A DNA stretch of 61,774 nucleotides from a virus. Every line of letters starts with the position of its first letter. Position 1 is the first letter of the stretch. The position numbers and the translations under genes were made by a program. The notes beneath the pieces are model-generated. The model made no database searches, was not told the origin of the DNA, and saw nothing but the letters and a program-made list of their open reading frames with translations. Shown in pieces: positions 27,238 through 36,246 of the stretch. Location: IMG/VR virus record IMGVR_UViG_3300045988_110955; one strand, written 5' to 3'.

Positions 27238-29390
27238 GCAAGAGAGGAGCTTACATATACCAACAGATAGAGCAGTCCACCGCCGAGTGGACGGCTGACA
27301 GCACCATATACCCGCCGTCGCTATGGCTTTTCGAGCGATTAACCAACGGTAATTTAAATATGAAGTTCTCGGACGGTGTCCATACGTACGCCGATCTTCC
27401 GTTGATGATGCAAGACATCAAGGTGAGGATAAAGACTAACACGGACACGGAATACGTCTTGGAGATAACCTCCGCTGAGGGAACCATAACCACGCCTAAC
27501 TTGCGTGACCATTACGACGATACGGATATCCGGAATCTGGTCACCGGTCTAAGGACAGACGTTAATAAGTTAAAGCCCGTTGTCACATCCACCCCGTCTA
27601 ACGGACAGATAACCATAACGCCGGACAAGGCCCAAAACGAAGATCCGGACGTGTCGATAACGCTGGAGACCAAGGGGGACAAGGATAAGTCTCTGATGGC
27701 TGATGGCAAGTACCGCAAGCTGCCCGTGTACGGCAGGAACCTGTTGCTGGGATCAGGGAAGGAGGTGAGTAATTCGAATTACAATATCGCTGATTATTGG
27801 CTAACTGAACCGATATCTAAAGGAACACAAGTAACATTGACTATTTTTGGAGAATTGGGTGATGATAAGGAAATGTTCACTATATATAACTCTACTGGTG
27901 CAGTAGGTTCTATGGCTCAGTTCAGTAAGGCTGACTTTGTGAATGGGAAGGCCAGTAAGACTTTTAAATGGATTACTAATATCGGAGATGCAGTAGCTGA
28001 TAATACACATATGGTTGTATTTAGTTCTCCTAAAACTGGCACATCAACTTCCACCATCCATAAGATTAAACTTGAATATGGTGACATTTCGACCGAGTGG
28101 TCTCCAGCTTGGGAAGATATACCAGATCTAGAAGAAAGATATGCATACGGTGTTGAATGGGATACTGCATCATCTAGTCCTGATGGGGTTAGAGTAGGTA
28201 ATATGCAATTGCATAGGGAGTTGCCGGTGCAGAGTAAGATGAGAAGGTGTCTTTTGGATAGAGATGGTGGAGTTAAAGAATATTTGGATAATGAGCTTTC
28301 ATGGGGTGGAAGCTATTTGGATTATGCCGTTATGACAGAGATACCTGAACATTGGTATAAATTGTATTTTAATGGCACTAAATTTAGGAAGATGTTGTCC
28401 GAAATTCCATTACCTGGGTATAAACATGTAGATAAGTTCTATATCTCAACATATGAAGCCAGAATGTATAGAACCGATAATTTATTATGTTCGGCGGCTG
28501 GAGCTAGTAAATTAAGTGATCCTAATTCAACTAATTTTAGAGGTGGCGACAATACCGCTGAATGGGATGATACCTACCGTTCCCTACTCGGCCGCCCCGT
28601 CACCAACCTCACCCGAGACCAATTCCGACAAGCCGCGAGGAAAAGAGGCAGCGGATGGGAAATGTATACCTATAACGCCCACAAGATCCTGTTCTGGCTA
28701 TTCGCCGTCGAGTACGCCACGCTGGACAGCCAGAAGCCTTTCAACGCCCAGAAGGACGCTAACGGTTTCGCCCAAGGTGGCTTAGGTCCGGGACCGACGC
28801 AAATGACGGATTGGACTAACTTCAACAACATCAACCCCCTTATCCCATGCGGCTATACCAACGAGTTCGGGAACGGCTCGGGAGAGAAGGCATATGTGGT
28901 GAAGAACGCTTCCGGTGGTACTCACGCCACGTTGATGGCTAACAGGTATCGTGGTATAGAGAATCCGTTCGCCCATATATGGAAATATACTGACGGGGCC
29001 AATATACAGGTCACCACGGGCGATGCGGGATTATCCATATTATGGACTACCGATGACCCGTCGAATTTCAGCGACACCTCTTACACCGGCTATGACAAGA
29101 AGGGCAATATCTGCCGTACAAACGGTTATGCCAAGAAGATGTTGCTTGGGGAAGATGGCGATATAGTGTCCACGGAGGTCGGCGGTAGCTCCTCTACCTA
29201 CTGGTGCGACTACTACTACACCTATACATCGGCTAACCGCATGCAGGTGGTGCTGGTTGGCGGTTACGCGGACAACGGGTCGGGTGCGGGCCTCGCTCGC
29301 GTGCGTGCGAATTCTGCGCCTTCCGATGCGGCTCGTCACCTCGGTTCGCGCCTTTGCTTTTTCCCCGAATATCGTAAAACGTCGGCGTAG
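27234..29390 (+). CDS. DGR target: fibre/receptor-binding protein with a C-terminal variable region
   Basis: 718 aa. The C-terminus ...WCDYYY...VVLVGGYADNGSGAGLARVRANSAPSDAARHLGSRLCFF contains the VR. Confidence 0.85.
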   Translation: MSKRGAYIYQQIEQSTAEWTADSTIYPPSLWLFERLTNGNLNMKFSDGVHTYADLPLMMQDIKVRIKTNTDTEYVLEITSAEGTITTPNLRDHYDDTDIRNLVTGLRTDVNKLKPVVTSTPSNGQITITPDKAQNEDPDVSITLETKGDKDKSLMADGKYRKLPVYGRNLLLGSGKEVSNSNYNIADYWLTEPISKGTQVTLTIFGELGDDKEMFTIYNSTGAVGSMAQFSKADFVNGKASKTFKWITNIGDAVADNTHMVVFSSPKTGTSTSTIHKIKLEYGDISTEWSPAWEDIPDLEERYAYGVEWDTASSSPDGVRVGNMQLHRELPVQSKMRRCLLDRDGGVKEYLDNELSWGGSYLDYAVMTEIPEHWYKLYFNGTKFRKMLSEIPLPGYKHVDKFYISTYEARMYRTDNLLCSAAGASKLSDPNSTNFRGGDNTAEWDDTYRSLLGRPVTNLTRDQFRQAARKRGSGWEMYTYNAHKILFWLFAVEYATLDSQKPFNAQKDANGFAQGGLGPGPTQMTDWTNFNNINPLIPCGYTNEFGNGSGEKAYVVKNASGGTHATLMANRYRGIENPFAHIWKYTDGANIQVTTGDAGLSILWTTDDPSNFSDTSYTGYDKKGNICRTNGYAKKMLLGEDGDIVSTEVGGSSSTYWCDYYYTYTSANRMQVVLVGGYADNGSGAGLARVRANSAPSDAARHLGSRLCFFPEYRKTSA
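29245..29361 (+). repeat. DGR variable repeat (VR)
   Basis: 117-bp ungapped match to 29807-29923 with 19 differences, all at TR adenines. Confidence 0.9.
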
Positions 29391-29429
29391 CCGCACGTAT
29401 CACGTCGGGAATTTTTTGTATAACGTTTA

Positions 29430-29783
29430 ATGAGGATAAAAATGGAAGAAGAAAAGAATAAAGATGACGGCAGCTTGTCGTTCTTGAATATCCCAAGGGA
29501 TAAGAACTCAAGGCATTTTAATTGTCCGGAGATCACCCAACAGAAGTTGACGAATCTCACGTTCTGGGTAATTGATTACATGGATGGCGTGTCCACCAAG
29601 TTCGGGAAAGACAGGGCGCTTGTCATGATCAAGGAGAATCTAGAGGATAAGGATAGTGATGCCAAGAAATTCTTTACGAACTCCCAAGAGATCAAGTACG
29701 TTCTTGGTAAGATAAAGGAGATGGACAAGTTCCCTAGGAAAGTGACGATGCGAGCCTCCGGGAACAGGTATTATCTCGAATGA
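29430..29783 (+). CDS. DGR-associated accessory ORF in the avd position, not Avd-like by eye
   Basis: 117 aa between the target and TR. The sequence (…FWVIDYMDGVSTKFGKDRALVMI…KKFFTNSQEIKYVLGKI…) does not look like a four-helix-bundle Avd. Confidence 0.6.
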   Translation: MRIKMEEEKNKDDGSLSFLNIPRDKNSRHFNCPEITQQKLTNLTFWVIDYMDGVSTKFGKDRALVMIKENLEDKDSDAKKFFTNSQEIKYVLGKIKEMDKFPRKVTMRASGNRYYLE

Positions 29784-29806
29784 CGGAATGAGGGTCGATC
29801 ATCCCT

Positions 29807-29923
29807 AGGTGGTGCTGGTTGGCGGTAACGCGGACAACAGGTCGAATGCAGGCCTCGCTAACGTGAATACGAATAATGCGCCTTCCGATGCGAATCGTAA
29901 CATCGGTTCACGCCTATACTTTT
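29807..29923 (+). repeat. DGR template repeat (TR)
   Basis: Intergenic and AAC/AAT-rich. Contains 28 adenines, 19 of which differ in VR. Confidence 0.9.
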
Positions 29924-30060
29924 AGAGAGGGGAAAAGATATTTAGATAACAAACAGGGATGGTGGCCTCGCCTCTTGGCGAAAAAAGTCTCCCCATATAA
30001 AGGGTGTTGGTAGGGAAACCGAAGACTCCCTATGATAAAAAGCAAATTAATGACAATAAA

Positions 30061-31098
30061 ATGAAGAGAATAGGGAATTTATTTGATAAGATAGCGAATA
30101 TGGACAACTTGATACTTGCGGACATGAAAGCCCGAAGGGGAAAGAAGGATTCATACGGCATAAGGTTGTTCGACAAGGACAAAGAGGGTAATCTAAGCCG
30201 TTTACTAAAGTCTCTGCTGGATGGCACGTTCAAGACTTCCAAGTACCGGACTGATACCATCTATGAGCCAAAAGAAAGGATCATCTTCAAGCTCCCTTAT
30301 TATCCGGACAGGATATTGCATCATGCCATAATGAACGTCATGGAACCTATATGGGTTTCCGTGTTCACGGCTGATACGACATCATGTATCAAGGGAAGAG
30401 GAATAACGGAGGCGTATAAGAGGACAAGACGGGCTTTGTCCGATCGTGAATCCGTCTATTGCCTCAAGGTTGATATCCGCAAATTCTATCCGTCAATAGA
30501 CCATGAGGTGTTGAAAGGCATCGCTCGGAAGAAGATCAAGGACGATCGCTTGCTTATGTTGTTGGATGAGATCATTGATTCCGCTCCCGGCGTTCCGATC
30601 GGGAATTATCTTAGCCAATATCTTGCGAATCTTTATCTCGCCTATCTGGATCACGAGATAAAGGAGATTATAGATATAAGGCATTATATCAGATACGCGG
30701 ATGACATGACTTTTTTCCATCATGATAAGTGTTTCTTGAGAAACGTATTACTTCCGTGGCTTATCGATAGATTGGCTGTGTTGAAGTTGGAGCTGAAAGG
30801 GAATTACCAGATATTTAAGATCGCTGAGAGAAGATCGGATAAAAGCGGCCGTGGTATAGATTTCGTGGGGTTCGTTTTCTATAAGGAGCATATACGGATA
30901 AGGAAGAGGACTAAGCAAAATCTATGTCGTGCGGCGGCTAGATTGAATAAAGTCCCGAATATATCCTTAACGGAATACAAGGCAGGTCTAGCCGGTTGGC
31001 TGGGCTGGATATATGATAGCGATAGCAAGCATTTAGCTAAGAAAATTTTAAAACCAGAGTTTTATGAAGCGATCATGGAGCGACACAATGCCGCCTAA
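30061..31098 (+). CDS. DGR reverse transcriptase
   Basis: MKRIGNLFDKIANMDNLILADMKARRGKK N-terminus. IRYADDMTFF (YxDD) motif. ATG 30061 is preferred over the track start 30004. Confidence 0.9.
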   Translation: MKRIGNLFDKIANMDNLILADMKARRGKKDSYGIRLFDKDKEGNLSRLLKSLLDGTFKTSKYRTDTIYEPKERIIFKLPYYPDRILHHAIMNVMEPIWVSVFTADTTSCIKGRGITEAYKRTRRALSDRESVYCLKVDIRKFYPSIDHEVLKGIARKKIKDDRLLMLLDEIIDSAPGVPIGNYLSQYLANLYLAYLDHEIKEIIDIRHYIRYADDMTFFHHDKCFLRNVLLPWLIDRLAVLKLELKGNYQIFKIAERRSDKSGRGIDFVGFVFYKEHIRIRKRTKQNLCRAAARLNKVPNISLTEYKAGLAGWLGWIYDSDSKHLAKKILKPEFYEAIMERHNAA

Positions 31099-31456
31099 AA
31101 TAGAGCGGGACGGTGACGGTTCCTACCTGTACCGGTGGGACGTTAGAGAGGAGACAAGGGAGATGGGTGACGATATGGCCCCCGTGATCTCCTATAGTTA
31201 CAACGAGGTCAGGATATGGGCCACGTTAACTGCCAACAAGATATTGGAGGCCTGTATCAACGCCCTATGGGACAAGGACGTGGAGCAAAAGAAGCTGAAC
31301 GACTACAACGCCGCCCAGCTAGGCATATTGGACTTGTCATACGTGGAGTCTTATAAGACGTTCCTTAACGAGAGGAAGGCGTTGAAAGACCGTGTGGATA
31401 GCGATTTCGCCGAGTGGGAGGCGGCGAGAGAGGAGGAGAGCATAGTGGTTTTATAA
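31088..31456 (+). CDS. Hypothetical protein
   Basis: Overlaps the RT stop. About 122 aa. Confidence 0.55.
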   Translation: MPPKIERDGDGSYLYRWDVREETREMGDDMAPVISYSYNEVRIWATLTANKILEACINALWDKDVEQKKLNDYNAAQLGILDLSYVESYKTFLNERKALKDRVDSDFAEWEAAREEESIVVL

Positions 31457-31481
31457 CTAAATAAAAAAAAGGATCGGAAGA

Positions 31482-31958
31482 ATGGAATTTTTTAAAATGA
31501 TTTGCAGTATGAGGGAGCTACTGACTGTAGTCGTGTTTGAGATGTTCATCGTTATGGTGGCGATGGGGTGGGATTTCGCCTCGGGTTATTACAAGGCTAA
31601 ATTGAGGGGCGAGGAGCGTAATTCGTATGGCATGCGTAGGACGGTCAGTAAGTTCATACTTTACGCTGGTAGCGTATGTATAGCGTGCGGGATAGACTCG
31701 GTTTGCTACGTGTGCCGGTTCTGGGAATTTATCCATCTGCCTTTCTTGACCAATGTCCCGGTCGTATCCTCGATAGTGACCGTATTTATCTTGATAACGG
31801 AGGTTCGGTCTATCTGGGAGAAGGCTGACGCCAAACAAAGGAGGCAGGCGAGTAAGACAGCCGACATGATCGGTAAGGTTGTAACGCAAAAGGTTTTGGA
31901 GGACGCTTTGACAAACGCTTTATCCAATGCCATGAATAAAAAGAAGAAAGGAGAGTAA
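31482..31958 (+). CDS. Holin
   Basis: Three hydrophobic helices. WDFASGYYKAKLRGEERNSYGMRRTVSKF resembles the phage_holin_4 motif. Precedes the lysin. Confidence 0.65.
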   Translation: MEFFKMICSMRELLTVVVFEMFIVMVAMGWDFASGYYKAKLRGEERNSYGMRRTVSKFILYAGSVCIACGIDSVCYVCRFWEFIHLPFLTNVPVVSSIVTVFILITEVRSIWEKADAKQRRQASKTADMIGKVVTQKVLEDALTNALSNAMNKKKKGE

Positions 31959-31961
31959 AAT

Positions 31962-32372
31962 ATGGGGAAAAATAATTTACCTCGTGGGTATCGGAACAAC
32001 AACCCGGGAAACATCCGGATCAACGGAGACTTGTTCCAAGGTGAGATACGTCCGAGCAAGGACAAGTCGTTCAAACAGTTTGAGACGATGGCGTATGGCT
32101 ACCGTGCCATATTCCGGATCTTGCGTAACTACTATAACAACTATAATTTGGACACGATCCGCAAGATGATCGGTCGTTGGGCTCCTGAAAACGAGAACGA
32201 CACGGAGGCTTACGTAAAGGCCGTATCCGGTTACGCCGGCATCCCGGCTGATGATCCTATCAACATCAATGATCGCGAGCAGATGATCCGAATTGTGTCT
32301 GGTATGAGCAAGGTGGAGAATGGGAGAGAGGCAGATATGTCGGATGTTATTGCGGGGTGGAATCTGCTATGA
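31962..32372 (+). CDS. Putative endolysin (RNNNPGNIR-motif family)
   Basis: Lies between the holin and the spanin. YRNNNPGNIR...WAPENEND motif. Confidence 0.55.
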   Translation: MGKNNLPRGYRNNNPGNIRINGDLFQGEIRPSKDKSFKQFETMAYGYRAIFRILRNYYNNYNLDTIRKMIGRWAPENENDTEAYVKAVSGYAGIPADDPININDREQMIRIVSGMSKVENGREADMSDVIAGWNLL

Positions 32373-32836
32373 AAATATGGTTCGTCATATTATTATGCCT
32401 TCTCTGTGCCTGTGGAACTTCCAAGAAATCCACGGATACGGAGAGGCATGCCACTACAAGTGTCAGTCTATCGGATAGTATCTTTAAAAAAGACAGCCTT
32501 TCGGCCATAGAGCGGATATTATCTAACGAGAGATTGAGCGCCCGGATCTTGGTCGTGGAGTGGTCTTCTCCAGACAGCGTGGGGAACATATATCCTGTCA
32601 AGACATCCGATATAACCATAGGAAAGGAGCGAGAGGAATCAGGCGAGAAGATCGTTTCGTCCGGATCTGATATGACAGAGGTGAGGACGAATAATGAGAC
32701 GGTAGTTACCGATGAGAGAGAAACGATAAACGTGGATAAGGGAACGAGGCTCATTCATCTTAGGGTATGGTGGTATCTGTTGGTAGGAGGGATGATTGCG
32801 GCCATGTTATGGTGGATCATTAATAAGAGAGGGTGA
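32369..32836 (+). CDS. Unimolecular spanin-like lipoprotein
   Basis: Lipobox LLCAC near the N-terminus and a C-terminal TM helix (WWYLLVGGMIAAMLWWII). ATGA overlap with the lysin. Confidence 0.55.
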   Translation: MKIWFVILLCLLCACGTSKKSTDTERHATTSVSLSDSIFKKDSLSAIERILSNERLSARILVVEWSSPDSVGNIYPVKTSDITIGKEREESGEKIVSSGSDMTEVRTNNETVVTDERETINVDKGTRLIHLRVWWYLLVGGMIAAMLWWIINKRG

Positions 32837-32955
32837 TTTAATATTGATACATAGTGTTATCCAATGACTCCGAGAGGACGAGTTGGCGGGGAGATAAAGA
32901 AAAAAGAATCTTCCCTAAATAATCGGATCGGAAGTTTGATTATTTTTCATGCCAC

Positions 32956-33001
32956 GCACGACGGGAAGATTCTTATAAGTCTTTCTGCCGTGCATTTTTT
33001 T
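32956..33001 (+). terminator. Rho-independent terminator after the lysis cassette
   Basis: 13-bp imperfect stem GCACGACGGGAAG / CTTTCTGCCGTGC, then TTTTTTT. Confidence 0.6.
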
Positions 33002-33043
33002 GCCCGGCTTTGATAGTAAAACAAACCACGAAATAAAAAGTTT

Positions 33044-33334
33044 ATGAATAAGGTGGAAATTTTTTACAAAAAAGTGATAGAGGCGGTATGCAAGGAGTGC
33101 GGGACCGATCCGATAATGATGTTTAGTAACAACAAAGAACGCAATGTTGACGCTAGGGGAGTGGCTATAACCATACTGGCCGATCGCAAGTTAAGCGACA
33201 ATATCATATCCGATCTGACGGGAATGACGAGGCAGGCGGTCAACAGGATGCGTAACTTGTACCCGGACAGGATCAAGAGGAGTTACTATCTGAGGAGGAC
33301 GGTGGAGAGCGTTAAAGATAGCATAAATGAATAG
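33044..33334 (+). CDS. Small HTH DNA-binding protein (DnaA-C-like)
   Basis: DARGVAITILADRKLSDNIISDLTGMTRQAVNRM. Confidence 0.45.
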   Translation: MNKVEIFYKKVIEAVCKECGTDPIMMFSNNKERNVDARGVAITILADRKLSDNIISDLTGMTRQAVNRMRNLYPDRIKRSYYLRRTVESVKDSINE

Positions 33335-33485
33335 TTATGATTATATTATAACTTTTTCAAAGTTCAAATGTTATACTAATGATAGAAAAAAAGTTACCGA
33401 AAATATTGTAGGTGATAGAAAAATAGTTATCTTTGTGCGTTCATTCATCCAAGATGATGATTTTATTAACCAAAAGGATTAGCAC

Positions 33486-33698
33486 ATGGTAAGAAAGATC
33501 AAGGCTGTTATTGCCTTATTGGAAGCGAATGGATGGGCGCACATAAGAACTAGAGGAGATCACAGGATATTCAGGAAAGACGGAGAACCCCGTTCTATTC
33601 CTATTCCGGGGAGTCCTAGTGACGATCTAGCAATCGGTACGCTAAAATCAATATTAAAACAAGCCGGGCTAAGCGAGTCTGACTTTGATAAAATTTGA
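33486..33698 (+). CDS. hicA: HicA toxin
   Basis: LLEANGWAHIRTRGDHRIFRK...IPIPG. Confidence 0.85.
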   Translation: MVRKIKAVIALLEANGWAHIRTRGDHRIFRKDGEPRSIPIPGSPSDDLAIGTLKSILKQAGLSESDFDKI

Positions 33699-33790
33699 TT
33701 ACATCCAATGGATAGCAGGACATATAGCCAGTCCTGCTTTCATTTTGGATGAGTGATAAATTAGCAAACATGAACCTAAAAAATATCAAT

Positions 33791-34195
33791 ATGAAAACGT
33801 TGACTGTTATAATCGAGAGAACCGATAATAATTACTCGGCATATCTGCAAGAAGTGGATGGTATCGTGGCAACAGGTAAAAGCGTGGAAGAAATTAAAAA
33901 ATGTATAATTGATTCTATTAACGTACTAATAGATGAATGTAATGAGTTTGGCGATGCTATTCCAGAGGCACTTAAAGGTGAGTATTGTTTGGCGTTTAAA
34001 ATGGATGTTAAATCTCTTTTGGATTTCTACTCAAAGATATTCACAAAAGCTGGATTAGAACGTATTACGGGCATAAACCAAAAGCAATTATGGCATTATG
34101 CGTCAGGTTTACGTAACCCACGCCCAGAGCAAACCGTTAAATTGGAGAATGCCCTTCATAAACTAGGAGAGGAATTATTGGCTATAAATCTATAA
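33791..34195 (+). CDS. hicB: HicB antitoxin with a C-terminal HTH
   Basis: TLTVIIERTDNNYSAYLQEVDGIVATGKSVEE. Adjacent to hicA. Confidence 0.75.
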   Translation: MKTLTVIIERTDNNYSAYLQEVDGIVATGKSVEEIKKCIIDSINVLIDECNEFGDAIPEALKGEYCLAFKMDVKSLLDFYSKIFTKAGLERITGINQKQLWHYASGLRNPRPEQTVKLENALHKLGEELLAINL

Positions 34196-34223
34196 TTAAC
34201 CGCTATCCTTATGCTTCCTATGG

Positions 34224-34250
34224 CCCCCAAAAATCTGGGGGCTTTTTTTG
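34224..34250 (+). terminator. Rho-independent terminator
   Basis: GCCCCCA / TGGGGGC stem plus T7. Confidence 0.8.
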
Positions 34251-34384
34251 TGTCATCCCCTTCCGCAAAGAACTAGCAACAACCTCGCAACAAGCTAGCA
34301 AGGAGATATTTATTTAGCAAGGCACTTCTCTGGATTTTTGTGGTGTCCGGGATAACCCGGATATGACCATAAAATTCATGATAT

Positions 34385-35146
34385 ATGGAAGCAGAGAAAA
34401 TCATTAAAGAGAAAGAGATCGTCCATGATGACGAGCACAAGGACTACGCTAGCAAGGGCGTGGGTAACGCCGGCTTGACATTGGGCATCATTGGCACTGC
34501 TCTTGGAGCTTGGGCCGTGTCACGTAACCGTGGCGGTTTGTTCGGTGGTGGCTGGGGAGCCGGTATGCCGGAGAACGTAAACATCAACACGACCACAGGA
34601 GGCGGTGGTGGTTCCGGGGTAGGCGCTCCGACTGCGTTTATGGCTTGGGAAAAGGGTTGTGAGGAGGCTATCGCCTTGACTAACTCATTGTGGGGACTTC
34701 ACGTATCAAGCATGCAGGCCGATTACGACCATCGTAATACGGATGTAGCCGAGAAATTCCAGCTTTACCAATCACAGGTAAACGGCGATTTCGGAAACTA
34801 CAAGGCTATCCGTGATCTTAACGACTATCAAACCGACAAGCTTAACAATGCGGCGTTTGGCCTGTACAAGAGTCAACGTGACGGTTTTGACGTGTTGAAC
34901 GCCCGTATCAGCCATTTGGAGAAAGAGGTAGCCGTAGGTGCCGCTATCCGTCCTTACCAAGATCGTCTGATCCAGTGCGAGATCGACAAGGCGTTCACGG
35001 CTTCTGTCAACTACACGAGACAGCTTGATTGTCGTAACATCAAGGGAGAGTTGGTATTGCCTAACACCCCTGTCGTTACCGGTTATGGGAGTTACCGTAG
35101 CTGCTGTGGGTTTCCCCAGACAAGCGCCCCCGCTGAGACAGCTTGA
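34385..35146 (+). CDS. Hypothetical membrane protein with a Gly-rich segment
   Basis: 253 aa. TM helix (AGLTLGIIGTALGAWAV), then a GGGGGSG run. Confidence 0.6.
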   Translation: MEAEKIIKEKEIVHDDEHKDYASKGVGNAGLTLGIIGTALGAWAVSRNRGGLFGGGWGAGMPENVNINTTTGGGGGSGVGAPTAFMAWEKGCEEAIALTNSLWGLHVSSMQADYDHRNTDVAEKFQLYQSQVNGDFGNYKAIRDLNDYQTDKLNNAAFGLYKSQRDGFDVLNARISHLEKEVAVGAAIRPYQDRLIQCEIDKAFTASVNYTRQLDCRNIKGELVLPNTPVVTGYGSYRSCCGFPQTSAPAETA

Positions 35147-35260
35147 TGATCCAAAGTCCAAGCCCAAGGCGAAGGCTAAGGTAAGCAAGAGAAAGAAAAG
35201 TTAGTGGTAGCCCCTCGGGGCTTACCACTTTCCTGTTACCAACCACTAACAAAAGATATT

Positions 35261-35779
35261 ATGGCATTAAATAACGTATTCATAGGAGGCGGCGATCCGT
35301 TGCTAGGACAATCCACCGGAAATATAAGCTCGGATATGGAGGCTTATGAGCGTCAGTTGCAAGAGACCCTCAATCAGATACAAGTCCAGAAGCAGCGGGT
35401 GTTAAACCCTCAGAATAACCCCAAAAGAAGCCAATCTCCCTTATGGGATGAGATGGACAAGGTCGTTAATGATATGACGGACATGGAGATCGAGGCGTTA
35501 AACAACGACCCGGAATACCAGAAGGCACAAAACGCTCTGATGGGCATACTTAACCGGGAATACATGAGAATCATGCGCCCGATCGTGGAAGAGTCCAAGG
35601 ACGGGAAGGAGATACTGGACAGCCTTATGACAATCACCAAGAGAGTCAAGAAATCGGCCTCGGAGGAAGCGAACAAGAATATAGCGCTCTTTAATGAGTA
35701 TACGTCTAAATACGCCGATATGCCCTACGCCGAGTTCCTGAAGCTGAAGAATAGCGGTAAGAAGAAACAACCTAATTAA
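35261..35779 (+). CDS. Hypothetical protein
   Basis: ATG at 35261. 172 aa. Confidence 0.55.
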   Translation: MALNNVFIGGGDPLLGQSTGNISSDMEAYERQLQETLNQIQVQKQRVLNPQNNPKRSQSPLWDEMDKVVNDMTDMEIEALNNDPEYQKAQNALMGILNREYMRIMRPIVEESKDGKEILDSLMTITKRVKKSASEEANKNIALFNEYTSKYADMPYAEFLKLKNSGKKKQPN

Positions 35780-35787
35780 TCGGGATC

Positions 35788-36231
35788 ATGGAACTTAAAC
35801 AGCAAGCTTTGGAATTAAAGAGCCGGTTGGTGAACTCGGTTGAGATATGGGCGGAGGAAAGGGTTGATTCTTTCGTCTCCGGAAACACGGCATTCAAGCC
35901 CCTTGGCAAGTATCTTAAAAGAGGTGTCCACAACATCCTCGTGCAAAAGGACAAGGAGATCACCGATAAGGTGGAGGGTTTCATGATGTTCGTCGCTGAC
36001 GAGAACGGCAATTACGATAAGGAAGAGCTATTCGATGACGCTATGAACGTATTCAAGAGCATGAAGCCGTATAAGTTCGAGCAAGGATTCTTGAAGGGTA
36101 CGATCGGGGAAGGCTCCATCTTGATAGAGCTCCCAGATAACGGCCTCATGAATTTTATCCTTGGTGATACTAACGCTATCCGTATAACGGAAGCGGATTT
36201 TCTGGAACTGAAATCAATATTCACAGAATAA
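35788..36231 (+). CDS. Hypothetical protein
   Basis: 147 aa. Confidence 0.6.
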   Translation: MELKQQALELKSRLVNSVEIWAEERVDSFVSGNTAFKPLGKYLKRGVHNILVQKDKEITDKVEGFMMFVADENGNYDKEELFDDAMNVFKSMKPYKFEQGFLKGTIGEGSILIELPDNGLMNFILGDTNAIRITEADFLELKSIFTE

Positions 36232-36246
36232 AATAAATGACAGGGT

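Larger units (their letters stand above)
27234..31098 (+). mobile_element. Diversity-generating retroelement: target gene, accessory ORF, TR, RT
   Basis: VR/TR pair with adenine-only mismatches, plus an RT with a YADD box. Confidence 0.85.

Noticed and set aside
30004-31098. RT as a retron or group II intron
   Set aside because: An adjacent TR/VR pair with adenine-only mismatches and the DGR-type N-terminus identify it as a DGR RT. There are no intron RNA domains, and no maturase or endonuclease domains.
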